Assembly (NCBI GenBank): GCA_964637415.1
Contig: CAZWUB010000001.1
Coordinates: 566 to 64,565 of the forward strand
Source of the DNA: an uncultured Rikenellaceae bacterium
GTDB lineage: Bacteria; Bacteroidota; Bacteroidia; Bacteroidales; VadinHA17
Length of the DNA: 64,000 nucleotides
Direction: 5' to 3'
Every line of letters starts with the position of its first letter. The stretch's first letter is position 1. Made by a program: the position numbers and the translations under genes. The notes under the pieces were generated by a model that saw only the letters and a program-made list of their open reading frames with translations, was not told the origin of the DNA and did no database searches. This document shows, in pieces, positions 55,201-64,000 of the stretch.

Positions 55201-55714
55201 TGTAATCCGCTACACCTGAAGGAATGATTGCATCTGTTATATTCTTGGCCGGAATTGAACCGGAAGTCAGGAAGTAAAATGCCGTATCGGAATAATTATG
55301 TCTTATGAAATCATATTCACCGGTCTGATTATTGAATTTCCATCTGTTCGTAGCCTGACCATAGAACAAAAGATAATCGCCCTCGTTGAATATGCCGTCC
55401 TGTCCGCTAACAAGTGAAATTGAAATTTCTTTGAGGTCATCCGGAGCAGGATCACTTGCATAATATGATAACTGCCCGAAGTTATTTGCAAAGATCCTGG
55501 GGTTAGACGGATTAAGAACTCCCGCCTGTTTTAGCTGTGAATAGTCGATCCTGTATATTCCGTCCTTCAGAACTGATAATTTAAACCATTGACCAGATGA
55601 GAGTACCGATGACGAAGAATAATTATCTTTGGCCGTCTGGGAGCAGAGAATGCCGGGTATAAAAATGAGAATAAGTAATAATTTATGTAACAATCTGATC
55701 ATCATTACGTACAA
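52280..55714 (-). CDS. porU: T9SS C-terminal signal peptidase/sortase PorU (peptidase C25-like)
   Basis: 1144 aa. Gingipain-like caspase-fold block (LLFGDGSYE ... FNYVGHGNENG), its own T9SS CTD at the C-terminus, and adjacency to porV. Confidence 0.8.
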   Translation of the reverse strand: MYVMMIRLLHKLLLILIFIPGILCSQTAKDNYSSSSVLSSGQWFKLSVLKDGIYRIDYSQLKQAGVLNPSNPRIFANNFGQLSYYASDPAPDDLKEISISLVSGQDGIFNEGDYLLFYGQATNRWKFNNQTGEYDFIRHNYSDTAFYFLTSGSIPAKNITDAIIPSGVADYNSSESDALFIHEVESENIIKSGREWYQPVSSIADIQINPGFSDLVTGEPVRYRIRVLARAPSVSDFYFHEASTLRKTIKVQDVNMYNYTGTYAQITDSSGTILPLSSAPVYKTGFKNQTDAGAKGWLDYVKLHARKHSSYNGSTEFISDYRSTGPGKITEFRIKSPGKDPTIWDITNPENPENIRYSRNGEDLVFMAHTDTLRNFVVFSSSNTLQPLLQSGSVGNQDLHASLPAEMVIITHPLFIKYAEQLADLHLSNSGLVTQIVTPRQIYNEFSGGIPDVAALRNFLRMKYFKQKGTATPLKYLLLFGDGSYENKTLPPDNPNFIPTYQSQNSNIIVSSFTSDDFYGLLEDGEGEAEGTEDLGIGRLPVSDTTQAGIIVRKIKGYMEPSNTGDWKNTISILADDEDGNAHMADAEGLSLLLQDSVPEYNIDKIYLDAFRQETSVNGQTYPDATIAVNSRINSGCLIFNYVGHGNENGLAHERVIKTEDINGWKNGNKLPLFITATCEFSRFDDIDMNIVSKTMTPRTSAGEMVLLNENGGGIALMSTTRVVYSAPNYYLNRNIFDVTFDTDESGDPLTFGDIIRIAKNNSGNGPNKRNFSLLGDPAVRLAYPWHGKIVTDSVNHVSVSSKTDSLKALSTITISGHIEDRNGSLMNNFDGTIFPVVYDKASTVKTLANDGGLSMSFELRSNILFSGKTNTSNGRFSFTFIVPRDINYSFGQGKISYYASSSDQDMNGYYSEIVIGGFASITGTDKKGPEIRLFINDTLFRSGGITDSNPRILALIADEGGINTTGAGIGHDMIAYIDNDPRSSIILNNYFVNDHNSYTSGKVAYDLSDLPEGNHSLTLKAWDNFNNSSQQSIMFIVEPEGEFILKNVMNYPNPVISDTRISAGHNRPDEEFEIILTILDMSGRIVRVIKEETYSAGYQLTPITWDCKTEGGSRAGRGIYIYSISVRTRDGEEAKGTGRIIIL

Positions 55715-55820
55715 AGACAGAAATTTATTAATGTTCTTTGACTTGTTTTTTTGTTATGGTAGCCAGGCAAAATTAAAATAATAACGCTTTTAGTACGTTG
55801 ATATTGCAGCACGCAAAAAT

Positions 55821-56789
55821 ATGATAAATCACATAAAAGGGATCATTTTTCTGATTTTTATCATTCCCGGTATCATAAGCGGGCAATATCCCGATCCTGG
55901 TCCTGATTATCAGAAGACAATGCTTAGTAATCCCGGCCTTACCGGTTCAGAAGGGGATAGTAAAATACGTATTTCATACATTAATTATTATCCCGGTTAC
56001 GGTTATAATCTTTTTTCGGGAGTATTGTCGTGGGACGGATATATTCCTTCGCTGCATGGAGGTGTGGGATTTTTTCTTTCCAATGATTATATGGGTGGAA
56101 TAGTAAATGATCTTCAGGGTGGTTTCTCTTATGCATATTATTTCCAGGCAGGGGAAGGGTTGTATATCAGCGCAGGTCTTTCGGCATCACTGTATCACAG
56201 AGGTTATAATTTCAATGGTTCAGTGCTGCCTGATCAGATAGATCCGGCAGGAGGTGTTATCTTCCCATCGGGTGAAACACTTAATTCGGAAGGGAAAAGT
56301 GTTCTTGATCTGGCTACGGGTTTCCTTTTTATATCTGGAAGGTTTTTCTGGGGGATATCAGTCAGTCATCTTACGGAACCCGACCTTGATGATCCGGAAA
56401 ACTCCGGAGGAAAGCTCGGAAGGAAGATACTGCTTCATGGTGCCGGTGATATAGATATAAATAAGGAGAAGGAAATGAAGATAAGGCCGGTGGGGAATTG
56501 TGAAATAATGAAAGGATATTTCTCGGCCGGAGCAGGGGCGGTAATTGAAAGCAGGTTTTTGTCTGTCAGTGCAATGATTCTCGGTGACAGGGAAAAGAAC
56601 TTCGATTTGCAGACAGGATTTGCTTTAGGAACCGGAAGCCTTGATATCTTCTATAAATACCGTTTTAATCTTGCATCGGGGAGCAACCTTTTACCATTCT
56701 CTCTGCTGCATCAGACCGGTATTACGATTGGTTTAAACAATGTTGAAAAAAGGAGGATCATTAAAACAATAAATTACCCCGATTTGTAG
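55821..56789 (+). CDS. porP: T9SS membrane protein of the PorP/SprF family
   Basis: 322 aa. The N-terminus GQYPDPGPDYQKTMLSNPGLTG resembles the PorP/SprF signature, and the body has a beta-barrel pattern. Confidence 0.65.
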   Translation: MINHIKGIIFLIFIIPGIISGQYPDPGPDYQKTMLSNPGLTGSEGDSKIRISYINYYPGYGYNLFSGVLSWDGYIPSLHGGVGFFLSNDYMGGIVNDLQGGFSYAYYFQAGEGLYISAGLSASLYHRGYNFNGSVLPDQIDPAGGVIFPSGETLNSEGKSVLDLATGFLFISGRFFWGISVSHLTEPDLDDPENSGGKLGRKILLHGAGDIDINKEKEMKIRPVGNCEIMKGYFSAGAGAVIESRFLSVSAMILGDREKNFDLQTGFALGTGSLDIFYKYRFNLASGSNLLPFSLLHQTGITIGLNNVEKRRIIKTINYPDL

Positions 56790-56866
56790 TTATCTTTGAA
56801 ATTTGAATAATTTTTTGAAAAATTATTATCTTTGTAAACTGATAAAAGTCGAAAAACCAAAGTAGT

Positions 56867-58357
56867 ATGTGCAAAATGAAAGTCTTGCCAGTCTTTTTAA
56901 TAACTGGATTAATACTCATTTCATGTAAAGGCGGTAAAGATGCCGGAGTATCTTCCACCACAGGCTGGGAATATAATAATCCTGATAATGGTGGGTTTGA
57001 GGTTGTAATGGGAGCCGAGCAGAAAACCGGGCCAGGTCTTGTACTTATTGAAGGAGGCCGCTTTACAATGGGACAGGTACAGCAGGATGTACTGTATGAC
57101 TGGAACAATAAACCACGTACAGTCACTGTATCATCATTTTATATGGATGAAAGCGAAGTCAGGAACGTCGATTACAGGGAATATCTTTACTGGCTGAGAC
57201 GTGTATATGTTGATTATCCGGAGGTTTACAGGAGGGCTCTTCCCGATACACTTGTATGGAGAAGTCCGATGGGCTTTAACGATCCCTATGTACAGTATTA
57301 TTTCCGGCATCCCGCATATAATACTTATCCGGTTGTAGGTGTCAGCTGGCTTCAGGCTAATGACTACTGTCTCTGGAGAAGCGACAGAGTCAATGAACAG
57401 CTTCTTATTGATGAGGGTGAGCTCAATCCCGATCCGGAGCAGAAAAACCAGAACAACTTCAATACAGAAGCTTACCTTGTAGGCCAGTATGAGGGAGTGG
57501 TTAATCAGCTCAGGGAGAGTCTGAACCCTAATCAGACTGAAAGAAGAACAACGTTTGAGGATGGATTACTTCTTCCCAATTACCGCCTTCCTACAGAAGC
57601 TGAATGGGAATTTGCAGCTTATGCCCTCAGGGGAAATACCTATGAGGAAAGGATATATGAAAGACGTATCTTCCCGTGGGACGGACATAATGTAAGGAAT
57701 TCCGAAAAGAGAAGCCGTGGTGAAATGATGGCTAACTTTGTCCGTGGCAGAGGTGATATGATGGGTGTTGCAGGAAGTCTCAATGATAATGCAAGTATAA
57801 CAAGTGATGTAAAATCATACTGGCCTAATGATTATGGCCTTTATTGCATGGCAGGGAATGTAAATGAATGGGTACAGGATGTGTATCGTCCTCTTACTTC
57901 TGACGATGTTGACGGATTCAATCCGTTCAGAGGTAATGTTTATACCGACCTGCGAAGGGATGCAAACGGAAATGTTGTAACAAAAAATAACCTCGGGAAG
58001 CTGTTTATCGATACTGTTAAGGATATTGATGTGGCAAACAGGTATAATTATCAGAAAGGCGATTACCGTAATTACAGGGATGGAGACCTTCAGTCTTCAA
58101 TAACAACTGACTGGCGGATTGATGACGGCATGGAGGCTTCGACTAGAATGTATTCCCAGGGTATGGCAACAGAGGGACAAAGCGATTATGTAACTCTTAT
58201 AAATGATAATGCAAGGGTTTATAAGGGCGGATCATGGAAGGATAAAGCTTACTGGCTGAATCCCTCCACAAGGAGGTTCCTCGATCAGGAAAGCTGCCGC
58301 GATGATATAGGATTCAGATGTGCAATGATCAGAGTCGGCAGTCCGGCAGGATTCTGA
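56867..58357 (+). CDS. gldJ: GldJ-like gliding/T9SS lipoprotein (FGE-sulfatase/SUMF1 fold)
   Basis: Lipobox LILISCKGG, then TTGWEYNNPDNGGFE ... LIEGGRFTMGQVQQDVLYDWNN ... SFYMDESEV. It stands alone (no gldLMN) next to porU and porV, as in Flavobacterium. Confidence 0.6.
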   Translation: MCKMKVLPVFLITGLILISCKGGKDAGVSSTTGWEYNNPDNGGFEVVMGAEQKTGPGLVLIEGGRFTMGQVQQDVLYDWNNKPRTVTVSSFYMDESEVRNVDYREYLYWLRRVYVDYPEVYRRALPDTLVWRSPMGFNDPYVQYYFRHPAYNTYPVVGVSWLQANDYCLWRSDRVNEQLLIDEGELNPDPEQKNQNNFNTEAYLVGQYEGVVNQLRESLNPNQTERRTTFEDGLLLPNYRLPTEAEWEFAAYALRGNTYEERIYERRIFPWDGHNVRNSEKRSRGEMMANFVRGRGDMMGVAGSLNDNASITSDVKSYWPNDYGLYCMAGNVNEWVQDVYRPLTSDDVDGFNPFRGNVYTDLRRDANGNVVTKNNLGKLFIDTVKDIDVANRYNYQKGDYRNYRDGDLQSSITTDWRIDDGMEASTRMYSQGMATEGQSDYVTLINDNARVYKGGSWKDKAYWLNPSTRRFLDQESCRDDIGFRCAMIRVGSPAGF

Positions 58358-58381
58358 TTACAAAAAATAAAATTATCTTTA

Positions 58382-58415
58382 GCCTCATTATGGATTCATA
58401 ATGGGGCTTTTTTTT
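58382..58415 (+). terminator. Rho-independent terminator after gldJ
   Basis: gcctcattat-ggattc-ataatggggc followed by T8. Confidence 0.7.
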
Positions 58416-58424
58416 GAAAAGAAT

Positions 58425-59714
58425 ATGACAGAACAACTTTACCAGCTATTCCGGGAATCAAAAGGTTTATCGACAGATTCAAGAACTGTGACCGAAGGTC
58501 AGATGTTCTTTGCCCTCTGGGGTGATAATTTCAACGGCAATAAATATGCTGAGGCAGCCCTTGCCAAAGGAGCATCATGTGCAGTTATAGATGATCCTTC
58601 TTTCGAGACGGAAAAAACGATACTTGTGGATGATACTCTGATGGAGCTGCAAAAGCTGGCAAATCATCACAGGAAGGAACTTAACTGCCCGGTGGTAGCT
58701 ATTACCGGCTCAAACGGCAAAACCACAACCAAAGAGCTTGTCGCTGCCGTTTTGTCAAAGAAATTCAGAGTACATTTTACCAGGAAAAATTTCAATAACC
58801 AGATCGGGGTTCCACTTACAATTTTGTCAGCACCCGAGGGAACTGAAATGATGGTTATCGAAATGGGAGCAAGCCATGTGGGAGAGATCCGTAATTTATG
58901 CCTTATTGCCAGGCCTGATTATGGAATAATAACAAATATAGGCACTGCACATTTTGAAGGATTCGGATCATTCGACGGAGTGGTGAAAGCAAAAACAGAA
59001 CTGTACGAACACCTCCGTAAAGTGAATGGCATTGCTTTTTATAACGACAAAGACAGACTGATCAGTGAAAAGATTTTCAGTATGGTGAACAGGGCGGTCC
59101 CCTTTTCCAATCCTACAGGTGCTGAACTTAAAGTCATTCCTGAATTATCTGATATGAATCTTTCACTGTCGGTAAAATACCTTCAGAAAAAATTCAAGAT
59201 CAAAACAAACCTTTTTGGAAGTTATAATTCGGATAACGTTAAGGCTGCAATAGCAATAGGATTATTTTTCGGAGTTGATATTGAAGATATTGCAGATGCA
59301 ATTGAAAAGTATGTACCGGGTGATAACCGCTCTCAGGTAATGGTAACTGAAAATAATACTCTGATATGCGATTCTTATAATGCAAATCCCGTGAGCATGA
59401 AGATGGCAATTGAATCATTTGCAGCAATAGATGCTGAGAAGAAAATGTGTATCCTTGGAGATATGCTTGAACTGGGAGACAGGAGCGAAGAAGAGCATAA
59501 AAAGATCCACAGGGTGCTTACTGATCATAATCTTCAGAATGTGATGCTGGCCGGACCGGTTTTCAGGAAAGTATCGGCAGGTTTCAGGTTTAAGACATTC
59601 TCAGATGTAAGCAGGCTTAAGGAATTTCTGAAGATAAAACCGGTGAAGGGATATCATATCCTCATAAAAGGATCGAGGGGAATGGCTCTCGAACAGCTAT
59701 ATGACCTGCTATAG
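58425..59714 (+). CDS. murF: UDP-N-acetylmuramoyl-tripeptide--D-alanyl-D-alanine ligase
   Basis: ITGSNGKTTTKE P-loop and Mur ligase blocks. I prefer the ATG at 58425 (MTEQLYQLF) because the track start at 58401 lies inside the upstream terminator hairpin. Confidence 0.9.
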   Translation: MTEQLYQLFRESKGLSTDSRTVTEGQMFFALWGDNFNGNKYAEAALAKGASCAVIDDPSFETEKTILVDDTLMELQKLANHHRKELNCPVVAITGSNGKTTTKELVAAVLSKKFRVHFTRKNFNNQIGVPLTILSAPEGTEMMVIEMGASHVGEIRNLCLIARPDYGIITNIGTAHFEGFGSFDGVVKAKTELYEHLRKVNGIAFYNDKDRLISEKIFSMVNRAVPFSNPTGAELKVIPELSDMNLSLSVKYLQKKFKIKTNLFGSYNSDNVKAAIAIGLFFGVDIEDIADAIEKYVPGDNRSQVMVTENNTLICDSYNANPVSMKMAIESFAAIDAEKKMCILGDMLELGDRSEEEHKKIHRVLTDHNLQNVMLAGPVFRKVSAGFRFKTFSDVSRLKEFLKIKPVKGYHILIKGSRGMALEQLYDLL

Positions 59715-59725
59715 GCTGGCCGGAT

Positions 59726-60877
59726 CTAATTATTTCCGGTAAATTCAATATTGATCTGTAACACTTCCGGCCTGCTTTTGGTCCTTACCCGAGGCCCCCA
59801 TAATCCATAGCCTGATGATACAATGATCTGGGTATTGCCTTTTTTACCGTATCCGTATCCGATTTCGAAAACCTTACCAATAATATGATTGAGAGGCCAG
59901 AGCTGGCCGTTATGAGTATGCCCCGACAGCTGAAGGTCGGCGCCATGCTTTTCTGCTTCTCCAAGCTCCATGGGCTGATGGTCGAGAAGAATGACCGGAC
60001 GCGTATGATCAATATCCTTCATCAGTTCTTCAAGCTTCTTCCTCGCTTTGCCGGTATGTCTGAAGGAATCCCTGTCAAGCCTTCCGATAACCTGTATTCC
60101 TCCCGGAAGGACAATAACTTCATCCTTCAGCACTCTGATGCCCTTACTTTCAATGTATGGTATCGTCTTCCCGGCGCCGCCTATATACTCGTGATTCCCG
60201 GTTATTGCATATAGTCCGTCTTTTGTATGCGGACCCGTGAAGTATTGCAGCAGATCGCCTCTCAGCACCGGACCAAGTTCCCCGTCAATAATATCACCCA
60301 ACAGGAAAACCGCATCGGGTTTCATGTCTTCAAGCATTTCCGAAAGCTTAATAATACTTCTTTTACGGATTATACTCCCCAGGTGAATATCAGAAACGGC
60401 TGCTATCCTGAGACTTCCGACATCATCTGTCTGTTTGTTTATTTTTATGTCGTATTTTCTTACAACCGGAATTACGGCATTGATGAATCCGCCCGTAATA
60501 AGCAATACAGACAGGGAAGCAGTAATCAGAAATGCCCATTTTCTGTAAAGGGGTATATTTTCCGTTCCCAGCTGTCCGGCAATCCTTAAGATGATGAATA
60601 ATATATCTGAGAGGAGGAAGAAAATAAATCCATATACGAGGAAGGCGAGCCAGAATCCTCCCGCGATATTCAGGATATCGGAAAAAACAGTCGAGTGACG
60701 TGATTCAAGTATCTTTGCAATAATGAAAGTCGCTGCCAGAGCGGCAAAGATTATTGAATAAAGCAACCTGTTATTGCGGGGTATGATGTTGTAACCCTTT
60801 AGAAAAATATACAGGTTTCCGAGGGAATATATTGTAAATACAACTGCGAAGAAGATGACGAACTGTGATGTCTTCAT
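59726..60877 (-). CDS. Membrane-anchored calcineurin-like metallophosphoesterase
   Basis: About 4 N-terminal TM helices, then SDIHLG ... GDIIDG ... GNHE ... GHTH. Confidence 0.8.
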   Translation of the reverse strand: MKTSQFVIFFAVVFTIYSLGNLYIFLKGYNIIPRNNRLLYSIIFAALAATFIIAKILESRHSTVFSDILNIAGGFWLAFLVYGFIFFLLSDILFIILRIAGQLGTENIPLYRKWAFLITASLSVLLITGGFINAVIPVVRKYDIKINKQTDDVGSLRIAAVSDIHLGSIIRKRSIIKLSEMLEDMKPDAVFLLGDIIDGELGPVLRGDLLQYFTGPHTKDGLYAITGNHEYIGGAGKTIPYIESKGIRVLKDEVIVLPGGIQVIGRLDRDSFRHTGKARKKLEELMKDIDHTRPVILLDHQPMELGEAEKHGADLQLSGHTHNGQLWPLNHIIGKVFEIGYGYGKKGNTQIIVSSGYGLWGPRVRTKSRPEVLQINIEFTGNN

Positions 60878-60882
60878 AAAGA

Positions 60883-61911
60883 TCAGCGATGTATAATAAT
60901 GCTGTTAAAAGTTTTTCGTTTCCTTATATAAAACTCAAAAACGACGCACTTGTTCAAAATCAATCCTTCGGGAAGCCTGTCGCCAATTCCTTTGACACTG
61001 GTCCTTTTCTTTTTCAGCCTGTCAATGTTTTTATAATAATCAATATGAGCTTTCAGGACGGCCCATGAGCTGCTGAACTGTCCCTTTACAAGGAAGAAAA
61101 GTGCTGCTATCCCGTCGAGGAATTTCCTTTTGATAAGGATGTTCTTAAAATCCCTGTCGGGAATGTTTTTATATATCAGAAATAGGCTGTTCCGGAAATT
61201 AAGATAAGTTTTAAAGGGTGAATTATATGGAAGTGCACCGCCTCCGACATGGTATACCGATGATCCGGGGACAAATGAAACCCTGTATCCGGCTTTATGA
61301 AAGCGCCAGCAGAGATCAATCTCCTCCATATGGGCAAAAAAGTCGGGATCAAAGCCCCCGCATCTCTTCCATGCGTCTGATCGTACTATCATACAGGCAC
61401 CTGTTGACCAGAAGATATCTGATGACGAATTGTACTGTCCGCTATCCTTTTCTACATGAGAAAGTACTCTTCCCCGGCAAAGCGGATAACAGTACTTATC
61501 CATAAAACCTCCGGCTGCACCGGCATATTCAAAATGGTCTTTTTTGTGATATGAAAGGATCTTTGGCTGGCAGGAAGCCACATCGGGATTACTGTCCATG
61601 AAACTGACAAGAGGCTTTAACCATCCGTCAGTTACTTCTATATCCGAGTTTAGAAGAACGAAATAGTGAGCGTTGATTTGTTCCAGTGCAAGATTATAGC
61701 CCTCAGCAAACCCGTGGTTCTTATCAAGCCTGATGAGTCTTATATTTTTAAATTCAGCCGCTAGCCATTCCGGCGATCCGTCAGTGGAACCATTATCAGC
61801 CACACAGATCTCAGTGTCGGCATCAGCTGTATGCCTGATGACATCTGACAGGAACATCCTGAGAAATTTCAGACCATTCCAGTTCAATATGACTACAGCT
61901 GTTTTAGTCAT
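60883..61911 (-). CDS. Family 2 glycosyltransferase
   Basis: AVVILNWNG ... VADNGSTDGS ... NHGFAEGYN. I prefer the ATG at 61911 (8-nt overlap with the upstream gene) over the track's TTG at 61974. Confidence 0.8.
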   Translation of the reverse strand: MTKTAVVILNWNGLKFLRMFLSDVIRHTADADTEICVADNGSTDGSPEWLAAEFKNIRLIRLDKNHGFAEGYNLALEQINAHYFVLLNSDIEVTDGWLKPLVSFMDSNPDVASCQPKILSYHKKDHFEYAGAAGGFMDKYCYPLCRGRVLSHVEKDSGQYNSSSDIFWSTGACMIVRSDAWKRCGGFDPDFFAHMEEIDLCWRFHKAGYRVSFVPGSSVYHVGGGALPYNSPFKTYLNFRNSLFLIYKNIPDRDFKNILIKRKFLDGIAALFFLVKGQFSSSWAVLKAHIDYYKNIDRLKKKRTSVKGIGDRLPEGLILNKCVVFEFYIRKRKTFNSIIIHR

Positions 61912-62788
61912 TTGCTTCCTCCCGTTTATATTTCCAGCGACGGTGAGTCCAGAGCCAGTATTCCGGTTTTTCAAGGATTATCTCTTCAAGCCTCTTTACA
62001 TGTGTTTCAGTGATAAAATGCTCAGGAAGCCCTGCAGTATGTTCAAAAAGAAGCTCTGAAGTCATTGTATAGTATCCCCTCCTTAACTTCTGAATATTTA
62101 CAAAGACTACAGCCATATCATATTTCAGAGCAATTTTTTCAGGACCGGTGAAAACCGGAGTGTCCTGGTTCAAAAAAAGAGTCCGGAACCTTATCTCTGC
62201 ACGGGCTGGGGTCTGGTCGGATATTAATCCGTATAAGGACGGTCTTCTTTCCTGTTTGTTCTTTAGTATTTTCCTGATAATGCCTGTCATGGGAGTCGGA
62301 TCACAGCTGTTCTTATTTCTCAGGGAAAACATGAATGAATCGAAATATTTGTTTTGTAAAGGTTTATAAATTGGGACATTCCATAGTTTTGTATAAACTG
62401 GAAAGATCCTTGTCCATTCCCAGTTCCCGTAATGGGAATATATTGCCACCACGTCACGGCCTTCATTATAAAGTCTTTCAAATAATTCCGGATTTGTCAG
62501 GGGAATACGCTTTGCGAGTTGTGCGTTATTCAAATGTACAAGCTTAAGTATCTCAACTATCAGGTCGCAGAAGTGCCTGTAGAATTTTTTTGAGATTTCC
62601 TTCAGTTCTTTTTCGGTTTTTTCAGGAAAAGAATTCCTGAGATTTTCCTCGACGACTTTTTTACGGTAGCCGGGGAAATAATATGCAAAGGGGAACATAA
62701 GGTCGGAAAATATATATAATACTCTCAGGGGTAAAAGTGTTATTACCCAGGTAATACCGTAAAATATATAATAACCTGCCGCTGCCAT
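61904..62788 (-). CDS. Lysophospholipid/lipid A late acyltransferase (LpxL/HtrB-like) family protein
   Basis: 294 aa with an N-terminal TM helix and an HYGNWEW motif (the HX4D-type acyltransferase family region). Confidence 0.65.
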   Translation of the reverse strand: MAAAGYYIFYGITWVITLLPLRVLYIFSDLMFPFAYYFPGYRKKVVEENLRNSFPEKTEKELKEISKKFYRHFCDLIVEILKLVHLNNAQLAKRIPLTNPELFERLYNEGRDVVAIYSHYGNWEWTRIFPVYTKLWNVPIYKPLQNKYFDSFMFSLRNKNSCDPTPMTGIIRKILKNKQERRPSLYGLISDQTPARAEIRFRTLFLNQDTPVFTGPEKIALKYDMAVVFVNIQKLRRGYYTMTSELLFEHTAGLPEHFITETHVKRLEEIILEKPEYWLWTHRRWKYKREEAND

Positions 62789-62800
62789 TAAGTTAAATAA

Positions 62801-63598
62801 CTATTTGTGCATAAATTTACTTACAATTTCAAGAAATTCAGGATAAAGGAAATTATTGGCGGCGATTACCTCATCGCCTGACAAATTTTTATGATCTCCC
62901 GAGAAATCGCTTACCTGTCCTCCGGCTTCTCTTACTATTATTGTAGCTGCTGCAATATCCCATGGATGAAGTCCGTATTCGTAGAATGTCTCGAATCGGC
63001 CGCAGGCAACATATGCCATGTCGATTGCAGCCGATCCCAGTCTCCTTATTCCATGGGTGGTTTTGCAGAAATAACTGAGGCATTCCATGAAATCATCAAG
63101 TCTTCCGAAATCACTATATGGAAATCCTGTGGCGACAAGGCTTTCAGAGAGTTTCTTTGTGCCTGAAACATGTATTGGTTTTTCATTCAGCCAGGCTCCG
63201 CCGTTTTTCCATGCAGTGAATATTTCGTCACCCTTAACCTCATAAACGACTCCTGCAACCGGTTCGTCGTCTTCCAGGAGTCCGATGCTTATTGCATAGG
63301 GATGAAGGCTGTGAACGAAATTTGTTGTGCCGTCAAGCGGATCGATAACCCAGCAGTATTTTGTACCCTTTTTGGAAGATGTACCCTCTTCAGCCAGGAA
63401 GCCTGCTTCAGGGAGGATGATCCCGAGCTTTTTTACAAGCATCTCTTCGGCGCCTTTATCAACATAACTCACAAGGTCGTGTAAACCTTTTACCTCGGTA
63501 CGGCTGATATCAAATCCCTCAGACTCCTTCAGAATGAATGCACCGGTTTCGCGGGCTGCAATTACTGCTTCACTTACAATATTTTTATAATCTGTCAT
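62801..63598 (-). CDS. Inositol monophosphatase (SuhB-like) family protein
   Basis: WVIDPLDGTTNFVH and the WDIAAA motif. Confidence 0.85.
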   Translation of the reverse strand: MTDYKNIVSEAVIAARETGAFILKESEGFDISRTEVKGLHDLVSYVDKGAEEMLVKKLGIILPEAGFLAEEGTSSKKGTKYCWVIDPLDGTTNFVHSLHPYAISIGLLEDDEPVAGVVYEVKGDEIFTAWKNGGAWLNEKPIHVSGTKKLSESLVATGFPYSDFGRLDDFMECLSYFCKTTHGIRRLGSAAIDMAYVACGRFETFYEYGLHPWDIAAATIIVREAGGQVSDFSGDHKNLSGDEVIAANNFLYPEFLEIVSKFMHK

Positions 63599-64000
63599 TA
63601 TTTTCTGTTAATTCAACGTTCATATTTCCTGATTGTGAGATACCTGTAAGCCTCACTGTACTTATCTTTGCTGCAAGCTTTGCATTCCAGGGATATTCAG
63701 CCCTGATATAATTCTCAGTGAATCCCGATATCATTCCGTTATGTCTGACATTCTCAAAGAGGACTCTGGTTATCAGGCCGGTATTAAGTTGCCGGAATCC
63801 TTTGGCTTTATCCTCAGATAATGATATCAGCTGCCTGCTTCTTCTTTCTTTTTCCTGATGAGATACTTTCCCGGGGAGGGTAATTGCAATTGTTCCGGGC
63901 CTCTCTGAGAAAGGGAAAACGTGAAGGTAGGAGAGAGGCATATCTTTCAGAAAAAGATAAGTGTCATTAAAGTCCTCTTCGGTTTCTCCGGGGAAGCCAA
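63585..64000 (-). CDS. mtaB: MiaB/MtaB-family radical SAM methylthiotransferase, C-terminal part (gene runs off the right edge)
   Basis: The frame stays open upstream of the track Met to position 64000 (GFPGETEEDFNDTYLFLKDMPLSYLHVFPFSERPGT). The HVFPFSERPGT motif and the TRAM-like tail fit MtaB best. Confidence 0.55.
   Translation of the reverse strand, partial: GFPGETEEDFNDTYLFLKDMPLSYLHVFPFSERPGTIAITLPGKVSHQEKERRSRQLISLSEDKAKGFRQLNTGLITRVLFENVRHNGMISGFTENYIRAEYPWNAKLAAKISTVRLTGISQSGNMNVELTENNDRL

Overview
This is a chromosomal window from a Bacteroidota genome. The phylum call rests on the type IX secretion genes porU, porV, porP/sprF and gldJ, T9SS C-terminal sorting domains, many lipoproteins, and a TAnnTTTG-type promoter motif. 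About 50 protein genes are densely packed, and most are housekeeping or envelope genes: alaS, recR, murF, ispF, hutU, an rlmN-like gene, an mtaB-like gene, glycosyltransferases, M23 peptidases and an E2 acyltransferase. There is one tRNA-Ser(CGA). I saw no rRNA, CRISPR array, integrase or transposase.

The stand-out feature is a seven-gene, translationally coupled plus-strand operon at about 3.4-13.1 kb. It encodes:
- a vWA-like lipoprotein
- a small multi-pass membrane protein
- a tubulin/FtsZ-like GTPase with T1, T3 and T4 loop signatures
- a 1093-aa protein whose C-terminal half carries Hsp70/actin-fold ATPase motifs at Hsp70-like spacing
- a membrane-anchored coiled-coil protein
- a MotA/ExbB/ZorA-like channel protein with a roughly 330-aa helical tail
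- a MotB/ZorB-like protein with the conserved transmembrane Asp and an OmpA-like domain

I do not recognise this combination as a named system, so it is my candidate for the undescribed system. It could be a Zorya-like envelope sensor with new effectors, or a membrane-remodelling machine driven by proton-motive force.

Other observations:
- a low-GC XRE / ImmA-IrrE / PIN-like three-gene module inside a compositionally mosaic islet next to tRNA-Ser
- a GC-rich structured non-coding stretch and a nested palindrome of about 140 nt just 3' of the tRNA
- a family of helically phased CACAAAG/CACAGAG-type intergenic repeat arrays at four loci
- a compound heptanucleotide microsatellite that overlaps a gene start
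- twin 16-bp palindromes upstream of hutU
- four tandem TPR plus beta-propeller paralogues with swapped C-termini

All functional calls come from reading motifs by eye. No database search was run.
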